Below are positions 53,263-64,000 of a DNA stretch of 64,000 bases, in pieces; within the stretch, counting starts at the first letter, position 1; each line of letters opens with the position of its first letter. Below the pieces are notes generated by a model that worked only from the letters and a program-made list of their open reading frames with translations, made no database searches and was not told the DNA's origin. The translations under genes and the position numbers were made by a program. Source of the stretch: Bacteroidales bacterium UBA1392 (GTDB taxonomy: Bacteria > Bacteroidota > Bacteroidia > Bacteroidales > UBA932); contig DBQO01000020.1 in assembly GCA_002305275.1 (NCBI GenBank), positions 2,963 through 66,962 of the forward strand, read 5' to 3'.

Positions 53263-55497
53263 CTAGCTGTTTGAGTTGAGTTCCACACGTTTAACGCTCT
53301 CTATTCCCTTTATGGCAGAGAGTGACTTGATGAGTTTGTCAAGGTCATCAGTATTGCGCACATAGAGATCTACACTCCCTTCAAATATTTCATCGTGTGT
53401 ATCGATACATATTTTGCGCATATTAACACCGAGTTGCAGGGAGATGACTTTGGACATGTCACTGATGACACCCATCCTATCGAGACCTCTAATGGAAATC
53501 CGTGCCAGATATGACATCATGAAGTGTTTACTCCACTTGGCCGAGACAATCCTGTCAGCCTGTTTTGCAGCAAGGTCGGTAGCCCTCTGGCAACTCTTTT
53601 TGTGAACAAGCACACTGCCGTCATCCTCTATAAATCCAACAACATTGTCCCCGGGAATAGGGGAGCAGCACTCGGCAATGGTAAATGTTGTAGTGCCTTT
53701 GGAGAGGTCTTCCCTTAATTCGTAGTCTTGATTTTTATCAATTTTGCCGGTATTGCGTACGGGAGTGAGGATTTTGACCCCCCACATCTGTACGTTACGC
53801 TTCTCTACGTTGGTTTTGAGTGCCGTTTCAAGGTCTGAAAGATCAATCAGTCCGATACCTATCTTGTGGTAGAGCTCGTCCTTGCTGCCCGCCTTATAGT
53901 AATCTATGAGTTTCTTGATTACACGGCTCTTGATGGTTATATTCCGTTCCTTCAGTTTGGATGTGAGGAACAACATTCCCTCCTTGATACTGTCTTTGGT
54001 TTCGGCCTTGATGGAGTCGAGGATGAAATTGCGCGCCCTGTTGGTGCGTATGAAGTCCAGCCATTCCCTCTTGGGTTTGCCGCTATCCGAGGTAATGATT
54101 TCCACCTGATCTCCATTGGAGAGCTCATGCGAAAGAGGCAGCAGTTTTTGGTTTACCTTAGCTGCGATGGCTCTATTGCCTACCTCCGAGTGTATTACAT
54201 AAGCGAAATCGAGTGCCGTGGAGCCCTTGGGCAGATTCTTGGATTCACCTCTCGGTGTAAATACATATATGTCGGAGCTGAGGAGTTCCTTGTGAAAGCT
54301 GTCCAGGAATTGAAGTGCATTGGAGTCGGGATCTTCGAGTATCTCGCGTACATGCTTAAGCCATATATCCAGCTCCACTTCTCCGGAAGTGGAGCAATCT
54401 GCCTTTTTGTAGATCCAATGGGCAGCCACGCCTCTTTCGGCTATGGAGTTCATCCTTTCGCTGCGGATCTGGACTTCTATCCATTTACCTTCCGGCCCCA
54501 TGACTGTCAGGTGCAATGCCTCGTATCCGTTGCTCTTGGGTTCTTTAACCCAGTCGCGTGTCCTGTCGGGCTTGTACTGATATCTTTCCGTAATAATGGA
54601 AAATATCTGCCAGCATTGTTCCCTCTCGCTCAGACCCTGCTTTGGCTCAAAAATGATACGTACAGCATATATGTCAAATATTTCCTCGAATGGGACATTT
54701 TTGGAAGTCATTTTTCTCCATATGGAGTAGGGGGTCTTAAGTCGTTTGAGTATCTCAACTTTGTATCCGGCTGCCTCCAGCCATGATTGTACTGGGTTGA
54801 CAAAATTGTCGATGCTGCTGGAACGCTCCAACATTACAGCTTCCAGCTTGGATTCAATGGCCCGGTAGGCCTCCGGCTCCCTATGGACGAGCCAGATATT
54901 TTCCATCTCCGACTTGATGCTGTAGAGACCGAGACGGTGTGCAAGCGGTATGAAGATATACATCGTCTCGCTGAGGATTTTGTCCCTTTTGTATTCTGGC
55001 ATAAAGCTGATAGTGCGCATATTGTGCAAGCGGTCTGCCAACTTGATGAGAACTATCCGGACATCGTCATTGAGAGTAAGCAGGATCCGTTTGAAATTTT
55101 CGGCCTGCATACTCTTGGAATAGGTAATGTTGTCACTGTCGAGAGCAGTCTTTATCTTGGTCAAACCATCGACCAGAGAGGCGATTTTGGGGCCGAAATG
55201 ATTTTGTATGTCTTCGACCGTGTAATGTGTGTCCTCCACTACGTCGTGCAATAGCGCTGCACAGATGGATTTGTTGCCCAATCCGATCTCTTGCACCACA
55301 ATCCTCGCCACTGCTATCGGATGGAGGATGTATGGCTCTCCGGAGCGTCTCCGTACACCTTTGTGAGCCTCATTGGCAAAATCAAAGGCCTTGAGCACCA
55401 GTTCAAACTCTTCCTGATTGGCGCAGCGCTTCAGACTGAATTTCTTCAGCGTTTCAAATTCCCTGTTTATGACATTGTAATCCTCTTCCGTAAACAT
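53263..55497 (-). CDS. relA: bifunctional (p)ppGpp synthetase/hydrolase (RelA/SpoT homolog)
   Basis: 744 aa. HD domain (ALLHDVVEDT), synthetase domain, TGS domain and a C-terminal ACT-like domain. Confidence 0.9.
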   Translation of the reverse strand: MFTEEDYNVINREFETLKKFSLKRCANQEEFELVLKAFDFANEAHKGVRRRSGEPYILHPIAVARIVVQEIGLGNKSICAALLHDVVEDTHYTVEDIQNHFGPKIASLVDGLTKIKTALDSDNITYSKSMQAENFKRILLTLNDDVRIVLIKLADRLHNMRTISFMPEYKRDKILSETMYIFIPLAHRLGLYSIKSEMENIWLVHREPEAYRAIESKLEAVMLERSSSIDNFVNPVQSWLEAAGYKVEILKRLKTPYSIWRKMTSKNVPFEEIFDIYAVRIIFEPKQGLSEREQCWQIFSIITERYQYKPDRTRDWVKEPKSNGYEALHLTVMGPEGKWIEVQIRSERMNSIAERGVAAHWIYKKADCSTSGEVELDIWLKHVREILEDPDSNALQFLDSFHKELLSSDIYVFTPRGESKNLPKGSTALDFAYVIHSEVGNRAIAAKVNQKLLPLSHELSNGDQVEIITSDSGKPKREWLDFIRTNRARNFILDSIKAETKDSIKEGMLFLTSKLKERNITIKSRVIKKLIDYYKAGSKDELYHKIGIGLIDLSDLETALKTNVEKRNVQMWGVKILTPVRNTGKIDKNQDYELREDLSKGTTTFTIAECCSPIPGDNVVGFIEDDGSVLVHKKSCQRATDLAAKQADRIVSAKWSKHFMMSYLARISIRGLDRMGVISDMSKVISLQLGVNMRKICIDTHDEIFEGSVDLYVRNTDDLDKLIKSLSAIKGIESVKRVELNSNS

Positions 55498-55509
55498 ACT
55501 CTACCTCCA

Positions 55510-56907
55510 TTAAAAATAGAGATCTCTAATACCCTGTTTTACCATGTTAAGTCTTTGTGCAACAAGATTCTTTCTCTGACCGGCAGGCATTTTAGCCACT
55601 TCCTTTTCAATCAGTTCATATCCCACCTTCTTTGTCTCCTCAGAAGCGTAATCCTCGAGATACTCTGCAAGTGTGATAATGGCATTGGGGGTACAGAAAT
55701 TTCCAATGAATCCCGGTATGGCAAATTCCATAAAATGCTCTCCGGTACGTCCCAAACGGTAGCATGAGGTACAGAAACTGGGAATATATTCTCTGGTAAG
55801 AAGCCATCTGATCACCTGATCGAGGTCGCGGGTATCTCCAATCCGGAACTGCTCTTTTTCCAGTTTCTGCTCATATTCCTCTTTTTGGTAGCCGCCTATC
55901 TCCAGTTTTGTGCCTGCATCTATTTGGGATACTCCGAAATCTATCACATCGTTCCTTACCTGACTGCTTTCACGGGCGGTCATAATTAGTCCCGTATAAG
56001 GTACGGAGAGACGCAGAATGGCCACCAGCATCTTAAACTGCTCGTCCGTCACGCGCCAGGGGAGATCCAAATCCATACCATGGGCGGGCTGGATGCGGGG
56101 AAAACTGATGGTGTGAGGACCCACCCCGTGAGTCTCCTTGAGATGGATTGCGTGAGCTACGAGTCCCAATACCTCGAAGCGCCAGTCGTAGAGTCCGAAC
56201 AGGGCTCCGATACCCATATCATCAATTCCCGCCTCAAATGCGCGGTCCATAGCGTGAAGACGCCAGAAGTAGTCGCCCTTGTGGGTGTTTTTAGGGTGTA
56301 CCCTCGCATAAGTTTCCTGGTGATAGGTCTCCTGAAATACCTGAAAAGTGCCGATGCCTGCCTCTTTTATGATCTTATAGCCCTCTACTTCTTGAGGGGC
56401 GGCGTTGATGTTCACACGGCGGATCTCTCCATTGCCTACTTTAGTCTGATAGCAGAGTCTTACCGTATGCGCAATGAACTCGGGTGAGTACATAGGGTGC
56501 TCTCCGTATACCAGAATCAAGCGCTTGTGACCTATATTTTCAAGGTTTATTACCTCATTGACCAATTCCTGGTCGCTAAGTGTTTTACGAACTGCGGTGC
56601 GGAGAGAGCGGCGGAAACCGCAATATTTACAATCATTGATGCAGTGGTTACCGATATAAAGGGGTGCGAAGAGTACTATTCTGTTGCCGTAAATAGCCCT
56701 TTTGAGTTCTCTTGCAGTTTCGTAAAGTTCCTCTTTCATCTCATCGGATTCTATTGCGAGCAGTTGGGCAGTCTCCGAGAGGGTCAGGGGCTCTTTTGCC
56801 TTGCTTTTGGCGAAAATGGCTCTAATTGCCTCCTTATCCTCCTTTGTCTCCCTTATAAGGGAATGGATAAGATCTTCGTCAATAAAATTTTTGTATTTAT
56901 TTTCCAT
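55510..56907 (-). CDS. hydG: [FeFe]-hydrogenase maturase HydG (radical SAM tyrosine lyase)
   Basis: 465 aa. CINDCKYC radical-SAM motif and the HydG-specific C-terminal cluster motif (FCTSCYRLGRTGEHFM...FCTPNA). Too long for ThiH. Confidence 0.75.
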   Translation of the reverse strand: MENKYKNFIDEDLIHSLIRETKEDKEAIRAIFAKSKAKEPLTLSETAQLLAIESDEMKEELYETARELKRAIYGNRIVLFAPLYIGNHCINDCKYCGFRRSLRTAVRKTLSDQELVNEVINLENIGHKRLILVYGEHPMYSPEFIAHTVRLCYQTKVGNGEIRRVNINAAPQEVEGYKIIKEAGIGTFQVFQETYHQETYARVHPKNTHKGDYFWRLHAMDRAFEAGIDDMGIGALFGLYDWRFEVLGLVAHAIHLKETHGVGPHTISFPRIQPAHGMDLDLPWRVTDEQFKMLVAILRLSVPYTGLIMTARESSQVRNDVIDFGVSQIDAGTKLEIGGYQKEEYEQKLEKEQFRIGDTRDLDQVIRWLLTREYIPSFCTSCYRLGRTGEHFMEFAIPGFIGNFCTPNAIITLAEYLEDYASEETKKVGYELIEKEVAKMPAGQRKNLVAQRLNMVKQGIRDLYF

Positions 56908-57915
56908 TTTTTGTTATTGGTTTAATATGTTGTTCAACAATCAGTTCATTTTTATCAATATCCTCCTCCTCCCCAATGGGATTTACCGGATGTTCATAGT
57001 CCACTTGCTGAAATCCGTACGAAAGTTGAGATCCGAAGAGGATTACTCCCCAACAGAGATTCATCCAGATCATCAGTAGCGGGATCGCTGCAAGCGCTCC
57101 GTAAACACCGCTCAGTCGTGTCACCATCAACTGGGTGTTTAGATAGAGATATTGTATACCTACAAATGCCACGCCTGAAACGATTGCTCCCTTTATGGCA
57201 GAGCTATATCTTACCCTCGTATGGGGGATGAATTTATATAAAAGGGAGAAGACCAATACGGCTACTCCGTAAAATACTACCCAGAACAGGTTTGTGGTAA
57301 GGAAACTGAAGGGGCCGAGATTTTCGCTGACTGATGAGAGAAATCTGATATAATAACCCCACCCGTAGAGGAAAAGGATTATCATGAAAGGGGAGAGAAT
57401 AAGAATGGCTATATAAGCTACTATCCTCTTTCCTATACCCGTATACTCCTTTACCACCCAGATGCGATTGAATGCCGACTCGACATTGATCATCAACCAG
57501 ATTACCAGCCAGGCAAATGCCCCGAAACTGATCCACCCGAAAGTACCCTTCTTGGTTGTAACCAGGATGTTATTGGCAAAGTTGAGCACTGCATCAATCA
57601 TCTGAGAACTGTTGGGGAAAGAGGAGTATAATAACTCGGAGAGCATTTTGTCGAGTCCGAAACCGCTGGCTACAAAGAGTATCAGTGCAACAATCGGTAC
57701 CATGGCCATCAAGCCGAAATAGCTAAGTGCAACGGCTTCCCGTGCAATCCTCTGTCCTGAAAAACCCCTGAAAGTGATAATCAGTGCCTTGAGATAGCGT
57801 ATGGCTCTCCTGCGGGCCTTTCCAAACTCGCTGAAATCCAGTCTCCAGATATCCCGGGTGAGAAATTTGAAGATTATCCGGTAAAGCTCTTTCATTCTTT
57901 GGATAAACAACCTCA

Positions 57916-57916
<1 letters not shown>
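56897..57916 (-). CDS. YihY/BrkB-family membrane protein
   Basis: 339 aa, 6 TM helices. The start overlaps the ligA stop (TAATG). Confidence 0.75.
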
Positions 57917-59964
<2,048 letters not shown>

Positions 59965-59997
59965 TTACAAAATTAGTACAATTTTATCAAAAAGTAG

Positions 59998-60005
59998 TAC
60001 ATTTG
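59998..60005 (+). promoter_or_regulatory. candidate -7 promoter box for the phosphofructokinase gene
   Basis: TACATTTG, 28 nt upstream of ATG 60034. Confidence 0.4.
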
Positions 60006-60033
60006 CAACCGGAAATTCAAATACGAACATTTT

Positions 60034-61266
60034 ATGAAAGAATCTATCATTATTTTAACAGGAGGAGGGCCCGCTCCCGGCATAAACACGGTTATAGGTA
60101 GCATAGCGAAAGCTTTTTTAGCGAGGGGATATAGGGTACTCGGCCTCCATGGTGGATATAAAGGACTTTTCACTCCCGACCCTTCATATACTGAAATAGA
60201 TTTTGTGATGGCCGACTCCATCTTCAACAGAGGCGGTTCACACCTTATGATGAGTCGATACAAGCCCACCGAAAAGGACTATGAAGGAAATTTTAACCAT
60301 AAACTTTTTCAGGACAACAATATCAAGCTGCTTGTGACAATAGGCGGTGACGATACGGCTTCTACTGCCAACAGGATCACCAAATTCCTCCAGGCAAGGA
60401 ATTACAAAATCTCCAATATCCACGTTCCCAAGACTATCGACAACGACCTTCCGCTTCCACTCAATACTCCAACATTCGGTTATCACTCAGCAAAAGCTGA
60501 GGGTACCCGTATCGCCACCACGGTATACGAGGATGCGAGGACCTCGGGCAACTGGTTTATCGTGGCCGCGATGGGGCGCTCCGCAGGCCATCTGGCCATA
60601 GGTATCGGCTCTTCCTGCCACTACCCGATGATAATCATCCCTGAGATGTTCAACAAATCCAAAATTACCGTAGACAAGATCATAAAACTCTCCATCTCCT
60701 CCATCATCAAGAGAAAATTGATGGGTATTCCCTATGGAGGAATAATGCTCTCCGAAGGAGTCTTCCATCTTCTGGATGAGGATGAGCTGAAGGCCACAGG
60801 CGTGAGATTTACTTACGATGAGCATGGACATCCCGAACTTGGCAAGATATCAAAGGCACAGCTCTTTAACGACATTCTGGAGATTGAGCTCAAAAAGCTC
60901 GGAATGAATATAAAGATGCGTCCCATTGAGATCGGTTATGACATCAGATGCCAGGCTCCCATCTCTTACGACCTGCTCTATTGTACCCAGCTCGGTTGCG
61001 GAGTGTATGAACTCTACACGCGCGGAGAGTCGGGATGTATGGTCTACGTGGATACTATCGGTCGTATCAAGCCCCTTTACCTCAAAGACTTTCAGGATCC
61101 CAAGACAGGTAAGATCCCCCCGCGTCTGGTGGACATCGAAGGTGATCAGGCACAGGGCATCTACAAACACATAGTACACTACATTACCCCTAACGACTAC
61201 GAGGCAGCCAAAGAGTACGTCAGCAACCCTGAAGAGTACGATTTCCACAAGATACTAAACTGGTAG
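60034..61266 (+). CDS. pfp: 6-phosphofructokinase family enzyme with PPi-dependent signature residues
   Basis: 410 aa. GGGPAPGIN, IGGDDTAS (Asp where ATP-PFKs have Gly) and PKTIDNDL (Lys where ATP-PFKs have Gly). Confidence 0.8.
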   Translation: MKESIIILTGGGPAPGINTVIGSIAKAFLARGYRVLGLHGGYKGLFTPDPSYTEIDFVMADSIFNRGGSHLMMSRYKPTEKDYEGNFNHKLFQDNNIKLLVTIGGDDTASTANRITKFLQARNYKISNIHVPKTIDNDLPLPLNTPTFGYHSAKAEGTRIATTVYEDARTSGNWFIVAAMGRSAGHLAIGIGSSCHYPMIIIPEMFNKSKITVDKIIKLSISSIIKRKLMGIPYGGIMLSEGVFHLLDEDELKATGVRFTYDEHGHPELGKISKAQLFNDILEIELKKLGMNIKMRPIEIGYDIRCQAPISYDLLYCTQLGCGVYELYTRGESGCMVYVDTIGRIKPLYLKDFQDPKTGKIPPRLVDIEGDQAQGIYKHIVHYITPNDYEAAKEYVSNPEEYDFHKILNW

Positions 61267-62753
61267 TGCAAGGGAAGGTGATCATATATCAGCTGTTATT
61301 AAGAGCTTTCGGCAAACGCAAGAGCGTCCCCGGAGGCTCTTACAGTATCAATGGCAGCGGTAAGTTTGACGACGTCACCGATGAAGTACTTAAAAAAATC
61401 AAAAAGCTCTCGGTCAGCGCCATCTGGTATACCGGAGTAATATCTCATGCAACCAAGACGCACTTCAATGGTATAAAGGATTGCAACGGCTCTATCGTGA
61501 AGGGAGAGGCAGGTTCCCCTTATGCCATTCGCAATTATTTCGACGTGAGTCCGGCTCTGGCCAATAATCACGACAACCGTATGGCGGAGTTTGAAGCACT
61601 AATCCATCGCACTCACAAGGCGGGGATGAAGGTTATCATAGATTTTGTGCCAAATCATGTGTTTCGGCAGTATGATACCTATTTTACGAAGGACAATTTC
61701 TACCTGCTGAACGGAGCGTTGGTGCTGCCGGAGTCTCTCAACTCCGATTATGTAGAAAATCCCGCCAAGGCCACGGGTAACGATGTGTTCCACACCTCTC
61801 CCTCCCTCCATGACTGGTATGATACTGTCAAACTCAACTACGACAACCATGGCACCTGGGTTAAAATGCTAGAAATCCTCAAATTTTGGGTGTCGAAAGG
61901 GGTGGATGGTTTCCGCTGCGACATGGTGGAATTGGTGCCTGCGGAGTTTTTCGGCTGGGCTTTCAGTGAGATAAAGTATCTCTACCCAAATACTTTTTTC
62001 ATTGCAGAGGTCTATGGCAAGGAGAATTACAGGAAATATCATGGGGTGGGCGGATTTGACCTTTTGTATGATAAATCGGGCTTCTATGATACTCTGAGGA
62101 GTATTATCTGCGATGGAGCAAGTACGAGATTGCTCACGGGAGAATGGCAATACCTCGGCGATCTGCAACCTCGTATGCTCAATTTTCTGGAAAATCACGA
62201 TGAGCAGCGCATTGCCTCGGATTTTTTTGCAGGTTCGGGCAGGGCGGCATTTCCGGCCCTTGCAGTCTCTCTGCTTTTCAATAAGGCACCATTCATGCTC
62301 TATTTCGGCCAGGAGTTCGGTGAGAGGGGGATGGAGAGTGAGGGCTTTAGCGGAGTGGACGGACGCACCTCGATTTTCGATTACTACAATGTGCCTTCGA
62401 TAAGACGCTGGTTGCTCGACCGGCTGACGGTGGATGAATTGGTGGTATACAAGGAGTATGTACGCCTGTTGAAGATAGCTACCTCAGATGCCATTTTTGC
62501 ATGCGGAGAGACCTACGATCTGATGTATGCCAATCCCGATTCCGAGCGATTTAACGGCAATCGCAAATTCGCCTTCATGCGGGGCTATGAAGGCTCATGT
62601 ATGCTTGTAGTGGCCAATTTTGGGGATCGCCATGCTGAGGTGGAAGTCAATATACCTAAGGAAGCCTATTCGTTTTTCGGTATAGAGAAAGAGGGGGAGA
62701 GGGTGAGGCTGAAAGTTGGAGCGCGAGATTATATGAGGGTGAATTTGGTTTAG
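61266..62753 (+). CDS. GH13 alpha-amylase-family glycoside hydrolase
   Basis: GH13 conserved regions DFVPNH, GFRCDMV, FIAEVY and FLENHD. The GTG start overlaps the previous stop by 1 nt, so the exact start is uncertain. Confidence 0.8.
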   Translation: MQGKVIIYQLLLRAFGKRKSVPGGSYSINGSGKFDDVTDEVLKKIKKLSVSAIWYTGVISHATKTHFNGIKDCNGSIVKGEAGSPYAIRNYFDVSPALANNHDNRMAEFEALIHRTHKAGMKVIIDFVPNHVFRQYDTYFTKDNFYLLNGALVLPESLNSDYVENPAKATGNDVFHTSPSLHDWYDTVKLNYDNHGTWVKMLEILKFWVSKGVDGFRCDMVELVPAEFFGWAFSEIKYLYPNTFFIAEVYGKENYRKYHGVGGFDLLYDKSGFYDTLRSIICDGASTRLLTGEWQYLGDLQPRMLNFLENHDEQRIASDFFAGSGRAAFPALAVSLLFNKAPFMLYFGQEFGERGMESEGFSGVDGRTSIFDYYNVPSIRRWLLDRLTVDELVVYKEYVRLLKIATSDAIFACGETYDLMYANPDSERFNGNRKFAFMRGYEGSCMLVVANFGDRHAEVEVNIPKEAYSFFGIEKEGERVRLKVGARDYMRVNLV

Positions 62754-62788
62754 TTATACGGGTTACGAGGTGCGGGTTGCGGGTTCAG
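62747..62788 (+). repeat. heptamer-periodic tract, 6 units, consensus GGTTNCG
   Basis: GGTTTAG TTATACG GGTTACG AGGTGCG GGTTGCG GGTTCAG. The first unit contains the GH13 TAG stop. Confidence 0.7.
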
Positions 62789-63039
62789 CTTCCAATTAGA
62801 CTTCAATAACATGGCTTCGAAAAGGAAAAAGTTTTCTTCGCCCATGTTATTGAAGTGACTCTGAGTATTTTTTTATAACTTTGAAATTTAACTTAGTTGT
62901 TATTCAATAAAAACCGGATACCATATAGTTCAAATTCTACTGTTTAAACAATATGAGCTCCGAATAAAAACAAAAATTTCTTCTCTTCATGTTATTTGAA
63001 ATCTCATGAAGAAGAAAATTAGAATTTAAAAACAGACTT

Positions 63040-64000
63040 ATGAAAAGACTTTTTATAATTTCCGCACTAGTTTTCTTGCTGGCGAATAGCGGCATGGCAC
63101 AGAATATCACCGGCTACTGGAAAGGCACTCTCAGTTTGGGTCCGACCGAGCTCGAACTCTGTTTTGACATTAAGCAATCCAATGGCACCATAACCGCTAC
63201 ACTCGATGTTCCCGCTCAGGGAGCCTATAACATTCCCGTTACATCGATTTCTTTCGAAATGATGAAACTCACGATGGCCATAGCACCGCTGAATGCCACT
63301 TACGAAGGCACAATGGTGCTGAATAACATAGTAGGAGAATTTACACAGATGGGCATGTCGCTGTCTCTCAATCTCTCCAAAGGTGAAAAGGCGGAAAAGC
63401 CCAGGCGCCCGCAGGAGCCAAAAGCTCCATTCCCCTACAAATCCGAAGAGGTATTTTTCAAAAATTCGAGAGAAGATTTTACTCTTGCAGGCACTTTTAC
63501 AATTCCCGAAGGGGAAGGCCCCTTTCCGGCCATGATTCTGGTAACCGGTAGCGGAGCTCAAAATCGTGATGAAGAGTTGATGGATCACAAGCCCTTCGCA
63601 GTGATTGCCGACTATTTGAGTCGCAACGGAGTGGCTGTTCTAAGATTTGATGATCGCGGAGTAGGTTCATCCGAGCCCGGCAATCCGGATGCTACCTCCT
63701 TTGACCTTTCCTATGATGCCGAGGCGGCATTTGACTATCTGCTCTCCAGGAAAGAAGTAATTCCGTTACTTTGCGGCATTACCGGCCATAGCGAAGGCGG
63801 TTATATCAACTTCATGGTGGCTCAGAGGCGTCCTGACGTTGCGTTTTTGATTTCTCTCGCAGGTCCGGCTGTTACCGGAGCAGAGGTGATGAAACTCCAG
63901 CAGGCTGAGGTCTATAGAGGAATGGGTATGCCCGAGCAGGCCATCGAGCAAAACAGAGTAATCTCAGAGCAAGTTTTCGCCATAGTGGAGAAATACGATA
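63040..64000 (+). CDS. secreted alpha/beta-fold serine hydrolase; 3' end lies outside the window; absent from the ORF track
   Basis: My translation of frame 1 from ATG 63040 is open to the window end. It reads MKRLFIISALVFLLANSGMAQNITGYWKG..., then VTGSGAQNRDEE, then the GHSEGG nucleophile elbow. Confidence 0.75.
   Translation, partial: MKRLFIISALVFLLANSGMAQNITGYWKGTLSLGPTELELCFDIKQSNGTITATLDVPAQGAYNIPVTSISFEMMKLTMAIAPLNATYEGTMVLNNIVGEFTQMGMSLSLNLSKGEKAEKPRRPQEPKAPFPYKSEEVFFKNSREDFTLAGTFTIPEGEGPFPAMILVTGSGAQNRDEELMDHKPFAVIADYLSRNGVAVLRFDDRGVGSSEPGNPDATSFDLSYDAEAAFDYLLSRKEVIPLLCGITGHSEGGYINFMVAQRRPDVAFLISLAGPAVTGAEVMKLQQAEVYRGMGMPEQAIEQNRVISEQVFAIVEKYD

Noticed and set aside
62811-62858. 15-aa ORF (MASKRKKFSSPMLLK) inside the loop and right arm of the 15-bp inverted repeat
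   Set aside because: It is too short and is fully explained by the hairpin sequence. There is no supporting signal.
63067-63588. 173-aa minus-strand ORF from the track
   Set aside because: It runs antisense to the longer open-ended frame-1 ORF (63040 to the window end). That ORF has a signal peptide and a GHSEGG serine-hydrolase motif, whereas the minus-strand product has no recognisable features.

Overview
This is a chromosomal core region of an anaerobic Bacteroidota (Bacteroidales-like) genome. The taxon call rests on many TAnnTTTG -7 promoter boxes, no obvious Shine-Dalgarno use, many lipoprotein signals, and PPi-linked glycolysis plus ferredoxin-linked fermentation genes. I support about 55 protein genes and one tRNA. 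I found no rRNA, CRISPR, transposase, integrase, prophage or recognisable defence genes. Gene content, in order: tRNA methylthiotransferase 3' end; two C69 dipeptidases, an M19 dipeptidase and an M2-like peptidase; zapA-rny; a 2-oxoacid:ferredoxin oxidoreductase operon coupled to ADP-forming acyl-CoA synthetase; an mtaD-PNP-mtnA methionine-salvage cluster; ppdK; rplS plus tRNA-Arg(ACG); purL; folC; AtoE and SulP transporters; carAB; ispG; relA/spoT; hydG; ligA; a PPi-type phosphofructokinase; a GH13 enzyme; and an open-ended alpha/beta hydrolase missing from the ORF track. Two things stand out. (1) A five-gene, membrane-anchored heterodisulfide-reductase-like (Hdr-like) redox module at 37463-42441 is co-oriented with a cysteate-synthase-like ThrC paralog and lies next to a SulP/STAS transporter. 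Its function is not obvious, and a link to sulfite/sulfonate metabolism is plausible. (2) C-depleted repeats with 7-nt periodicity (core GTAGTGT, plus AGTTYYG, GGTTNCG and TTGGCCG variants and one 9-mer array) sit immediately 3' of many genes. The G/T-rich strand is nearly always on the sense strand of the upstream gene, and several stop codons and C-terminal residues are encoded inside the repeats. All calls come from reading translations and motifs by eye. No database search was run.
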